In this document: positions 9,911 through 18,570 of the stretch, piece after piece | How the letters are laid out: each line of letters begins with the position of its first letter | How positions within the stretch are numbered: the first letter of the stretch is position 1 | Assembly (NCBI GenBank): GCA_964583685.1 | Contig: CAZOVJ010000002.1 | Location: forward strand, 277,862-341,861 | Direction: 5' to 3' | Source: an uncultured Gammaproteobacteria bacterium | GTDB taxonomy: Bacteria > Patescibacteriota > Microgenomatia > UBA8517 | DNA: 64,000 nucleotides | Translations under genes and position numbers: made by a program | Notes under the pieces: generated by a model | The model's input: only the letters and a program-made list of their open reading frames with translations | Databases searched by the model: none | Told to the model about the DNA's origin: nothing

Positions 9911-10288
9911 TTGGAGTTCTGGCAAGGAATTTAATATTTGAGTTTTGCCGAAGAATTTTAATCTTAGTAATTTTTTGTCGTTTGTTAAGAGAAACCTACA
10001 GTCTGCCTCGGCAGCTGAATGGAGTTGAATATTGTCTTCCAAATCTTTTGTTGGTCCAAACAAGGATTTCTCAAGGATTTCTCTTGTGAAGCCAACTATT
10101 TCAAAATTTTTGTGTACTTTTTCAAATTTTTTGCTTGGAACTTTAATTTTATATGTATAAAAAAGTATGTGATACGAAAGAGAGGAAACAAAGACATAGT
10201 TTAGATTCAATGGCTCTACAATTTTTAGAGGCGCTTTTCTTCCTAGGATATCTATAAAATAATTGGTGTCAAGGAATACTTTGGCCAT
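9899..10288 (-). CDS. vapC: PIN-domain (VapC-like) toxin
   Basis: VFLDTN, DLEDNIQ, LLTNDKK acidic PIN tetrad. Confidence 0.88.
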   Translation of the reverse strand: MAKVFLDTNYFIDILGRKAPLKIVEPLNLNYVFVSSLSYHILFYTYKIKVPSKKFEKVHKNFEIVGFTREILEKSLFGPTKDLEDNIQLHSAAEADCRFLLTNDKKLLRLKFFGKTQILNSLPELQSSS

Positions 10289-10532
10289 ATTTTCTCACCA
10301 GGTGTTCTCTATACTTTCTTTCTCGTTCTTTAGGGCTGAGTTTGGGTAAATCGAGGGCTTTAGTAGCCTTTTTAAACTCTCCTACTTTGAATGGGGGTAG
10401 TTCTTCTTTCAGGGGTTCGATTTTAGCGATAATTCTAGATCTATGTACAAGACTAACAACCCCGTTACTTTTCAGAGTTTTTACTAGTTGCTTTGTTTTT
10501 GTCCTTAATCCAGTTGTAGTTATCAATTGCAT
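10269..10532 (-). CDS. Phd/YefM-like antitoxin
   Basis: ITTTGLRTKT...VSLVHRSRIIAKIEP fold pattern; upstream of and overlapping the PIN gene. Confidence 0.75.
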   Translation of the reverse strand: MQLITTTGLRTKTKQLVKTLKSNGVVSLVHRSRIIAKIEPLKEELPPFKVGEFKKATKALDLPKLSPKERERKYREHLVRKYGQSIP

Positions 10533-10538
10533 ACTTCA

Positions 10539-10580
10539 ATTATATATTTAAATATACACTTGTCAACACTTGTCAAGTGG
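10539..10580 (-). promoter_or_regulatory. TA-operon promoter with ACACTTGTCA direct repeat (possible operator)
   Basis: Minus-strand TTGACA (10561-10566) and TATAAT (10539-10544); ACACTTGTCA x2 at 10556-10575. Confidence 0.55.
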
Positions 10581-10607
10581 TATCCTCTCTTGTATTGTTA
10601 TATTTAT

Positions 10608-11705
10608 ATGGTCAAGGTTGGGATTAATGGTTTTGGTCGGATTGGTAGAATTGCCTTCAGGATTGGGCTTCATAAGTATCCAAATAAGATTGAGTTTATG
10701 GCCATTAATACCTCTGGCTCGATGAATGTCTCTGGCTGGGCCCATTTGGTTAATTACGACACCATGTATCGGAAGTTCAAGTATGAGGTACAAAGTGAGG
10801 AATATAAGGACCCCAATGATGTGACTGACAAGGGCCCCTTGATTGGTTATTTAAAAGTTCAGGCTAAGAAGATTCCGGTTTTGGCCCAGAGAGACCCGGC
10901 CAAGATTCCTTGGCTAAAATATGGAGTTGATGTGGTCATTGAATCGACTGGAAAATTTATTACCGAGCTAGATGCTAAGAAACATGCCCAAGCGGGGGCA
11001 AAAAGGGTGGTTATCTCTGCGCCCTCAAGGGGAGGTAATGTCGGCACCTATGTTTTGGGAGTCAATGAATATAAGGGAGAGGCAGAAGTGCTTTCCAATG
11101 CTTCTTGTACCACCAACTGTGTTGCTCCGGTAATGGCCGTTCTTCAGGCAGAATTTGGCATAGAAAAAGCAGCCATGACTACCATTCATGGCTATACAGC
11201 CGACCAAAGACTGCAGGATAATTCCCACAAAGACCTGCGACGGGCAAGGGCAGCGGCCGAGAATATTGTTCCCACAACAACCGGGGCGGCCCAGGCCACA
11301 GTAGAGACAATCCCAGAGCTTAAGGGTTTTTTTGATGGCCGGGCTTTGAGGGTGCCAGTGGCTACAGGCTCGATAACAGATTTTGCTGTTGTTCTTAAAA
11401 GAAATGCAAGTGTTGAAGAGGTAAACCAGGCCTTTATCAGGGCTTCAGAAAACGCAATCTATAAAGGTATTTTGGCGGTAACTGATAAACCTTTGGTTTC
11501 TTCAGATATCATCGGCACCAGTGAGTCGGCCATTGTTGACCTTTCTCTTACCCAGGTGGTGGGAGGGAACCTGGTCAAAATTTTTGCTTGGTATGATAAT
11601 GAATGGGGCTACGCCGAGAGACTTATCGAGCAGGTAATCAGAGTAGGCAGAACCATCGAAAGCAATCAGGCACCAACCGACCCGATAAGCTTAAGTTTTA
11701 GATGA
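10608..11705 (+). CDS. gap: Type I glyceraldehyde-3-phosphate dehydrogenase
   Basis: MVKVGINGFGRIGR (start moved to ATG 10608), SNASCTTNC, WYDNEWGY. Confidence 0.97.
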   Translation: MVKVGINGFGRIGRIAFRIGLHKYPNKIEFMAINTSGSMNVSGWAHLVNYDTMYRKFKYEVQSEEYKDPNDVTDKGPLIGYLKVQAKKIPVLAQRDPAKIPWLKYGVDVVIESTGKFITELDAKKHAQAGAKRVVISAPSRGGNVGTYVLGVNEYKGEAEVLSNASCTTNCVAPVMAVLQAEFGIEKAAMTTIHGYTADQRLQDNSHKDLRRARAAAENIVPTTTGAAQATVETIPELKGFFDGRALRVPVATGSITDFAVVLKRNASVEEVNQAFIRASENAIYKGILAVTDKPLVSSDIIGTSESAIVDLSLTQVVGGNLVKIFAWYDNEWGYAERLIEQVIRVGRTIESNQAPTDPISLSFR

Positions 11706-12349
11706 TAGAGATAATTCCCGTAATCCTTTCCGATAGTTTGAATGAGGTACAAAGTTTGATGGCCCAAGCTGAAGGACTGGTTGAGAGACTGCAAATAGAT
11801 ATTGTTGATGGTCAATTTAGTCAGAAGCGGACCATTAGTCCAGATGCTCTGGGAAGGATAGAGACAGATTTAAAACTAGATTTTCATTTAATGACCAAAG
11901 AGCCGATAAATTGGGTTGAGAGCAGCCTGCGCGGTGGAGCAGAGAGAATTTTCGGTCAGATAGAGAAGATGAAGAGCCAGACTGATTTTGTTGGCAAACT
12001 ACAAGAAATTGGTCTTTCTATTGGTTTGGCCTTGGATATTAGCACACCGGTTTCAGATATTGACTCAGTTATTCTCAATGATCTAGACGCAGTTCTTGTC
12101 CTGGCAGTTCCGGCCGGTTTGGGAGGACAGAAATTTGAAAATAAAGCCCTTGATAAAATAAAAGAATTGGATGAAATACGAGTACGGGATAATACTCCTT
12201 TTCGGATTTGTGTTGATGGTGGAATTACCGAAGAGTTAATGAGCGAGGTGGCTAAAGCAGGAGTAGACGAAGTGGCCATTGGTAGAAGATTGTTTAGCGG
12301 CGATTTAGAAGAAAATCTGAAGAGATTTAGGAAGGCCGCTTATGTCTAA
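11702..12349 (+). CDS. rpe: Ribulose-phosphate 3-epimerase
   Basis: QIDIVDG, HLM, GLGGQKF, VDGGI. Confidence 0.9.
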   Translation: MIEIIPVILSDSLNEVQSLMAQAEGLVERLQIDIVDGQFSQKRTISPDALGRIETDLKLDFHLMTKEPINWVESSLRGGAERIFGQIEKMKSQTDFVGKLQEIGLSIGLALDISTPVSDIDSVILNDLDAVLVLAVPAGLGGQKFENKALDKIKELDEIRVRDNTPFRICVDGGITEELMSEVAKAGVDEVAIGRRLFSGDLEENLKRFRKAAYV

Positions 12350-12944
12350 GATAAAAAAAATATCTTATTTTGGCTTTGCCGATGCGGACAAAGATGACCC
12401 TTTATATAAAGAAGCATTTGAGTGTGCAAAATTCTTGGCGAGCAAGGGATATGTAACTATAAATGGTGGAGGCCCGGGAACAATGAGGGCCGTTTCTGAA
12501 GGGGCCAAGGCTGCCGGAGGCAAGACCATTGGAGTCACCTTTTATCCTAAAGATATAACCAATTTTGAAGGTAGAGATATTAAAAATCCGATTGATGAAG
12601 AAGTTAGGACTGCTAATTATTTGGAAAGAACCCTAAAGCTTTTGGATTTGGGAGATGCATATTTAATTTTTAAAGGCGGAACTGGAACAATATCCGAATT
12701 TGCTATGGCTTGGGGTTTGGCAAGGCTTTATTTTGGCCAACACAAGCCCTTGATTTTATATGGTCAGTTTTGGAATAAAATTATCAAAGCTTTTGTCGGA
12801 AATATGAGGATTAGAAAAGAAGACCTGAAGGTTTTTAAGGTTGTTGATACACCCCAAGAGGCTTATAAGGCAATTCAAATTTTTGAAGACGCCTTGAAAA
12901 AACAAGAGTGGGTTCACCCAGAAGAACAGGCATTTCAATTGTAA
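12342..12944 (+). CDS. LOG family (lysine decarboxylase-like) nucleotide phosphoribohydrolase
   Basis: NGGGPGTM and GGTGTISE motifs. Confidence 0.88.
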   Translation: MSKIKKISYFGFADADKDDPLYKEAFECAKFLASKGYVTINGGGPGTMRAVSEGAKAAGGKTIGVTFYPKDITNFEGRDIKNPIDEEVRTANYLERTLKLLDLGDAYLIFKGGTGTISEFAMAWGLARLYFGQHKPLILYGQFWNKIIKAFVGNMRIRKEDLKVFKVVDTPQEAYKAIQIFEDALKKQEWVHPEEQAFQL

Positions 12945-12956
12945 AGCGAAAGCAAG

Positions 12957-13808
12957 ATGGAAAAGTTTAGTCCAGAGAAACTAGAGAAGAAAGCAAGGAC
13001 AATTCGTAAGGATGTTATAAAAATGCTGAGCATCGCCGGTTCTGGCCATTCAGCCGGGTCTCTGGGAATGGTTGATGTCTTAACCGCTCTTTATTTCCAA
13101 ATTATGAACAATGACCCTCAGAATCCTGATTGGCAGGAAAGAGACCGCCTTTTTCTTTCTCATGGGCACATTTGTCCTGCTCTTTATGCAACAATGGCTC
13201 ACGCAGGCTATTTTCCCTTGACTGAACTTAAGACCCTGAGAAAACTAGAAAGCAGGCTGCAAGGACATCCGGAGAGAGCCAGGCTTCCGGGAATAGAGAC
13301 CAGCTCTGGACCTCTTGGTTGTGGTTTGGCCCAGGCAGCCGGTTATGCCTATGTGGCGAGAATGGATAAAAAGCGCTTTCGCGTTTTTTGTCTCACCTCG
13401 GATGGCGAGCATGATAGCGGAAATCACTGGGAAGCAGTTCTCTTTAGCGCCAAAAACAGACTGGCAAACCTGACTGTTTTTGTTGATAGGAACAAGATTC
13501 AAGTTGATGGTTACACAGAAGAAGTTTTACCCCTCGAATCACTGGAAGAAAAGTATAAGGCATTTAACTGGAATGTTCTTAATATTGATGGTCACAAGAT
13601 GGAAGAGATTATTACCGCAGTTGAGCAGGCGAGAGCGGACTATGAGGAGCCAAGCGTGATTATTGCCCGAACAATTCCTGGTAAAGGGGTTTCTTTTATG
13701 GAGGATTCTCCGGAATGGCATGGTAGGGCGCCGACAAAAAAGGAGGCAAAAAAAGCCCTAGCAGAATTGAGAGCTCTGAGAAGGAACAATAAAAATGCTA
13801 AATCCTAA
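12957..13808 (+). CDS. Transketolase, N-terminal subunit
   Basis: SGHSAGSLG, RDRLFLSHGH, LQGHP, SDGEHDSG TPP motif. Confidence 0.93.
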   Translation: MEKFSPEKLEKKARTIRKDVIKMLSIAGSGHSAGSLGMVDVLTALYFQIMNNDPQNPDWQERDRLFLSHGHICPALYATMAHAGYFPLTELKTLRKLESRLQGHPERARLPGIETSSGPLGCGLAQAAGYAYVARMDKKRFRVFCLTSDGEHDSGNHWEAVLFSAKNRLANLTVFVDRNKIQVDGYTEEVLPLESLEEKYKAFNWNVLNIDGHKMEEIITAVEQARADYEEPSVIIARTIPGKGVSFMEDSPEWHGRAPTKKEAKKALAELRALRRNNKNAKS

Positions 13809-14790
13809 AAATAAATTAAGCAAAAAGTTATTTAAAAAAGATATTGAAATGGTTCCCGGCAGAGATGGTTATGGGGAGGGGCTGGTACTAGCAGGAGAGA
13901 AAGATGAAAGGGTGGTTGTTTTGTGTGCAGATTTAAGCGAGTCAACAAGAAGTGCAGCTTTTGCCGAAAAGTTTCCAGACAGATTTATTGAGGTGGGAGT
14001 GGCTGAGCAGGCTTTGGTAACCATTGCCGCCGGTATGGCCAATTACGGCAAGATTCCCTTTGTCTCTTCATTCGCCGTCTTTTCTCCGGGAAGAAATTGG
14101 GAACAAATTAGAACAACAGTGGCCTTAAATGATCTGCCAGTAAAAATTGCTGGTTCCCATGCAGGAATTTCGGTTGGTCCTGATGGGGCCACCCATCAAA
14201 TGCTCGAGGACCTGGCCATAATGCGGGTCATGCCCAATATGACGGTGATTGCACCTTGCGATGCAATTGAGACTAAAAAAGCTGTTCTTGAGGCTGTCAA
14301 AATAGAGAAACCGGTTTACATCCGTTTTAGCAGAGAGGCGTCTGCTTTTTTTACAAGCGAGGATTCTCCTTTTAAAATTGGTAGGGCAGAGAACTTTTGG
14401 CAAGCAAAGGATCCTTTAGTTTCCATAATTGCCTGTGGCCCACTAGTTTATCAGGCTCTGCTTGCTAGCCGTGAGCTTAATAAGAGCAAAATAAACTCAC
14501 TTGTTATCAATTGCCACACAATTAAACCAATTGACGAGCTAGCGATTATTCGGGCTGCTAAGCTGACAGGGGCAGTTGTTACAGTTGAGGAGCATCAGAT
14601 AGCCGGGGGCTTAGGTGGAGCGGTCGCCGAAGTTTTAGCCAGGAATTTTCCCGTTCCAATCGAGCCTGTAGGTATGGCCGATTCTTTCGGCGAATCCGGT
14701 AAAGCAAAGGAGCTTTTGAAAAAGAACCAAATGACGGCAAACGATATTGTTGTTGCTGCCAAGAGGGTTATCAGAAGGAAAACCTCATAG
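13795..14790 (+). CDS. Transketolase, C-terminal subunit
   Basis: VGVAEQ, GPDGATHQ, TVEEHQIAGGLG. Confidence 0.93.
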   Translation: MLNPKNKLSKKLFKKDIEMVPGRDGYGEGLVLAGEKDERVVVLCADLSESTRSAAFAEKFPDRFIEVGVAEQALVTIAAGMANYGKIPFVSSFAVFSPGRNWEQIRTTVALNDLPVKIAGSHAGISVGPDGATHQMLEDLAIMRVMPNMTVIAPCDAIETKKAVLEAVKIEKPVYIRFSREASAFFTSEDSPFKIGRAENFWQAKDPLVSIIACGPLVYQALLASRELNKSKINSLVINCHTIKPIDELAIIRAAKLTGAVVTVEEHQIAGGLGGAVAEVLARNFPVPIEPVGMADSFGESGKAKELLKKNQMTANDIVVAAKRVIRRKTS

Positions 14791-14822
14791 TTGTCCTTTT
14801 AAAAAGGAAGTGCTAGATTGAA

Positions 14823-15590
14823 TTGATTATGAGAAAGATAGATTTGGCTAAGTTTTTAAGGCATGAAAAGGCGATATTCCTCGCTTACGACCATGGTTTT
14901 GAACACGGCCCAACTGATTTTGATGAAAGGAGCATAGACCCCAATTTCATCTTAGATATTGCCCGCAAGAGCAATGTCTATACAGCCATTATCTTTCAGG
15001 AAGGAGTTGCTCAGGCCTATTATAATCCCAAAAAAGAAAAAGTACCCCTTTTGCTTAAGTTGAACGGCAAAACGCTTTTCCGCAAAGGAGAAGAGCCTTA
15101 TAGCCCGCTTTTGTGTACGGTTAAGGAAGCAGTCAGATTGGGTGCAAGGGCAGTTGGTTACACAATTTATGTGGGCAGTGAATATGAGGCAAAGATGATG
15201 CAAGAATTCAGCCAGATTGAAGATGAAGCCCATGCTCAAGGATTGGTAGTTACGGCCTGGATGTATCCCCGGGGCAAAAAAGTAGAAGGTAAAGAGCACA
15301 CAAGAGATGTCTTAGCCTATGCAGCCAGGCTGGGTTTAGAGTTGGGCGCGGATTTTATCAAAATTCCCTATACCGGCGACCCCAAAAGTTTTAGCTGGGT
15401 TGTCAAAAGTGCTGGTACAACCAAGGTTTTGGTTTCCGGTGGAATGAAGAGAGATAGAGACAAGTTTTTGCAAGATGTAAGAGATTTTATGACTGTGGGA
15501 ACAACTGGAATTGCCGTTGGTCGTAATGTTTGGCAGAGAGGTAACCCTTTGGAAATTTCCAAAAAACTGGGAAAGATTATATATGGTTAA
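14823..15590 (+). CDS. Class I (DhnA/archaeal-type) fructose-bisphosphate aldolase
   Basis: AYDHGFEHGP, WMYPRG, ELGADFIKIPY Schiff-base Lys, GRNVWQ. Start may be ATG 14829. Confidence 0.9.
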   Translation: MIMRKIDLAKFLRHEKAIFLAYDHGFEHGPTDFDERSIDPNFILDIARKSNVYTAIIFQEGVAQAYYNPKKEKVPLLLKLNGKTLFRKGEEPYSPLLCTVKEAVRLGARAVGYTIYVGSEYEAKMMQEFSQIEDEAHAQGLVVTAWMYPRGKKVEGKEHTRDVLAYAARLGLELGADFIKIPYTGDPKSFSWVVKSAGTTKVLVSGGMKRDRDKFLQDVRDFMTVGTTGIAVGRNVWQRGNPLEISKKLGKIIYG

Positions 15591-16575
15591 TTTCGACCTA
15601 CTTTCTATTGGTGATGCTACAGTTGATGTTTTTATTACGCCAAGCGAATCTGAGAGTTTGTGTAATCTTGATGACAAGGAGTGCTTTATTTGTTTTTCTT
15701 ATGGAGACAAAATTCCCGTTAAAAACCTGCAGTTTTCCATTGGCGGTAATGCAGCCAACAATGCCGTTGGTTCATCAAGGCTGGGAATTAGGGCGGCCTT
15801 GGTTTTGACTCTGGGAGACGACAAGATTGCTTCTCAAATTCTGGAAACTCTTAATGGCGAAAAGGTTGATACGAGTTATGTTTCTCAGCAAAAGGCAACA
15901 AACTCAAATTATTCAGTCATTGTCAACTATTCCGGTGAAAGGACAATTTTTTCCTACCACGCCCCAAAAAGCTATGAATTTCCTGTACAGTTACCGCTTA
16001 CTCCCTGGGTTTATCTGACCTCAATGGGCGAGTCTTTTAGACCTTTTTATAATCACTTAGTTGAATGGTTGAAAAGGAATTCTAATATTAGACTTGCCTT
16101 TAATCCTGGCAGTCGTCAATTAAGGGCAGGGCGAGAGATGATAGCTGATGTAATCTCATTAAGCGATGTTCTTTTTGTTAATAGGAAGGAGGCAGAAAAA
16201 CTAAGCCAAAGCAAAGATTCTCAAAATAAAGAAAAAGAGCTTCTTCTAGCTCTGGCTAAGTTGGGAGTGAAAATGCCCATCATTACTGACGGAGCGAATG
16301 GCTCTTTTGCTTATGATGGTCAAAGATTTTTTAAGGCAGGTGTTTTGCCAGTTGACGCTTATGAGCGCACTGGGGCAGGGGATGCTTTTGGCACCGGTTG
16401 CCTAAGTGCTTTGATAAAGGCTAAGAGTCTACAAGAGGCTATGGTTTGGGGCAGCTTAAATTCAGCCTCAGTTATCGGCTATGTTGGCTCGCAAAAAGGT
16501 CTTCTGACCCTCGAACAAATGCCCCAGTGGCTGGAAAGATTCAAAAGCAGTGGTGGGAAAGTTGAAGAGTTTTGA
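15583..16575 (+). CDS. PfkB/ribokinase-family carbohydrate kinase
   Basis: GGNAANNAVG, FNPG, RTGAGDAF. Start placed at ATG 15583. Confidence 0.9.
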   Translation: MVNFDLLSIGDATVDVFITPSESESLCNLDDKECFICFSYGDKIPVKNLQFSIGGNAANNAVGSSRLGIRAALVLTLGDDKIASQILETLNGEKVDTSYVSQQKATNSNYSVIVNYSGERTIFSYHAPKSYEFPVQLPLTPWVYLTSMGESFRPFYNHLVEWLKRNSNIRLAFNPGSRQLRAGREMIADVISLSDVLFVNRKEAEKLSQSKDSQNKEKELLLALAKLGVKMPIITDGANGSFAYDGQRFFKAGVLPVDAYERTGAGDAFGTGCLSALIKAKSLQEAMVWGSLNSASVIGYVGSQKGLLTLEQMPQWLERFKSSGGKVEEF

Positions 16576-16591
16576 ATGCTAGAATATTGAC

Positions 16592-17572
16592 ATGAAAGTT
16601 TTTGTAACTCGAGAAATCCCCGGCAAGGCTTTAGAGAAACTAAAGAGACTAGATGTCAAGGTATCTGAATTTGACAGGCCGTTGGCAGAAAAAGAGTTAG
16701 TGGAGGGTGTTAGGGGAGTAGATGGGCTGATTACTCTTTTAACGGACAGAATTGATGAGGATTTAATGGATGCAGCCGGACCGCAGCTAAAGATAATTTC
16801 AAATTATGCTGTAGGTTTTGACAACATAGATACCCAGGCGGCCACAGACCGGGGAATAGTTGTAACCAACACCCCTTCTGAGGAGGTAGATGAGGCGGTG
16901 GCTGAACATACTTGGGCTTTAATTTTATCTTTAATTAGGAGGATTGTTGAGGCAGATGAAGCAACTCGCAGGGGTGCTTTTCGAGGCTGGGAGCCGGATA
17001 TATTTTTGGGAAGAAGAATAAAAAATAAGACCCTGGGGATTGTCGGACTGGGAAGAATTGGTTCAAAAGTTGCCTGGAGAGCCAAGAGTCTTGGGGTAAA
17101 AACCCTTTATTATCAAAGGCATAGGGATAAGAAGGCAGAAAAAGAACTCCAAATAAGCTTTGCTGATTTAGATAACTTGCTTGCTGCCTCTGATGTGGTT
17201 ACCCTCCATGTTCCTTTAACAGAAGAGACAAGACATATGATTAATAAAGATAGTTTAGCCAAAATGAAAAAAGGGGCTTATTTGATAAACACGGCCAGGG
17301 GTTCAATCGTTGACGAACAGGATTTAGCCGAAGCATTAAGATCTGGACAATTATCTGGTGCTGCCCTGGATGTTTTTGATAATGAACCAAACATTAATCC
17401 AGAACTGATTGGTATGGAAAATATTATCTTGACTCCCCATATTGCCTCAGCAACCTGGGAAGCCAGGGAAAAAATGGGGGAGCAGGCAGTCCAGGCAATT
17501 TTAGACCTTTTAAAGGACAAAAAACCTGAAAATTTAGTTAATCAAAAAGTGTGGAGTCATCGGCGCAAATAG
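16592..17572 (+). CDS. D-2-hydroxyacid dehydrogenase (glyoxylate/glycerate reductase type)
   Basis: AVGFDNID, GLGRIG, INTARG, LTPHIAS. Confidence 0.92.
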   Translation: MKVFVTREIPGKALEKLKRLDVKVSEFDRPLAEKELVEGVRGVDGLITLLTDRIDEDLMDAAGPQLKIISNYAVGFDNIDTQAATDRGIVVTNTPSEEVDEAVAEHTWALILSLIRRIVEADEATRRGAFRGWEPDIFLGRRIKNKTLGIVGLGRIGSKVAWRAKSLGVKTLYYQRHRDKKAEKELQISFADLDNLLAASDVVTLHVPLTEETRHMINKDSLAKMKKGAYLINTARGSIVDEQDLAEALRSGQLSGAALDVFDNEPNINPELIGMENIILTPHIASATWEAREKMGEQAVQAILDLLKDKKPENLVNQKVWSHRRK

Positions 17573-17595
17573 GTAATTTCGGGTAATAAAACTAC

Positions 17596-18570
17596 ATGTC
17601 CTTTTTACAAAAAAAAGATTGGCAAAAAAAAGCTAAGAAATCTTCCACATCTTGGGGTAAAAAAGAGAGGTTGTTGGTTCTTCTCTTTTTTGGAGGAAGT
17701 GTGTTTTTGTCTGGGATTCTGGGGCTTTCTGCCAGGAAGTGGAAGTTGCCTGGTTTGCCCAGAATAACTCTGCCTAATTTTTCTTTTGAGAAAACCTTTA
17801 TTCTAGAAGGGGGTAGAAAAGACCTTCGGGAATTTGAGGAGATTAAGTCCAGGTTTAAAGAACAAACCAAAGACCTTTCCGGTGTTTATGGATTCTATGT
17901 TTTCAGCCTGATCGACTCATCTGAATACGGGCTTTATGAGGAAGAGATTTTTAGTGCAGCCTCGCTCATTAAACTTCCGGTCATGATTACCTTTTATAAA
18001 GAGGTGGAGATGGGTAACCTTGCTTTGGATACAGAATATTCTCTTAAGAGTGGGGACAAAAAAGCAGGTGCTGGTATTCTCTCAACCAAGGCGACTGGGA
18101 CGGTTTTCACTTATCGTCAATTAACACAATTTATGGGTCAATATTCGGACAATACAGCCTTTGGAGTTATTCGGGGAGTTTTGGGCGAGAGAAAGATTCA
18201 AGAGATGATTAATGGTTTGGGAATGAGACATACTTCTCTGGCTGAAAATGTTACTTCGCCGAAAGACATAGGAATTTTGTTTAAGAAACTTTGGCAAGGA
18301 AATATTCTTTCCGATAAAAGCAGAGATGAACTTTTGGATTTTTTAACAGAAACTGCTTATGAAGACCGGATTCCGGCTGGCCTTCCCTCGGATATTCGTG
18401 TTTCTCATAAAATCGGCACAGAAAGGGGAGCAATATCCGATGCCGGTATTGTTTTTACAGATAGCCCTTTTGTTTTGGTGCTGATGACAAAAGGAGCGAT
18501 TGAAAAAGAGGCAAGAGATATTTTCCCTAATCTAGCCAGGCTCATCTATGATTTTGAGATTGCTGATTAA
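17596..18570 (+). CDS. Membrane-anchored class A beta-lactamase-like serine hydrolase
   Basis: AASLIK (SxxK), YSDN (SDN), HKIG; N-terminal TM. Confidence 0.85.
   Translation: MSFLQKKDWQKKAKKSSTSWGKKERLLVLLFFGGSVFLSGILGLSARKWKLPGLPRITLPNFSFEKTFILEGGRKDLREFEEIKSRFKEQTKDLSGVYGFYVFSLIDSSEYGLYEEEIFSAASLIKLPVMITFYKEVEMGNLALDTEYSLKSGDKKAGAGILSTKATGTVFTYRQLTQFMGQYSDNTAFGVIRGVLGERKIQEMINGLGMRHTSLAENVTSPKDIGILFKKLWQGNILSDKSRDELLDFLTETAYEDRIPAGLPSDIRVSHKIGTERGAISDAGIVFTDSPFVLVLMTKGAIEKEARDIFPNLARLIYDFEIAD

Noticed and set aside
10527-10607. N-terminal extension of GAPDH
   Set aside because: Covers the divergent promoter region; homology begins at ATG 10608.
17596-18570. Antibiotic-resistance beta-lactamase
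   Set aside because: Membrane-anchored, next to PBPs, KIG rather than KTG; cell-wall hydrolase-like role is at least as likely and resistance cannot be claimed.
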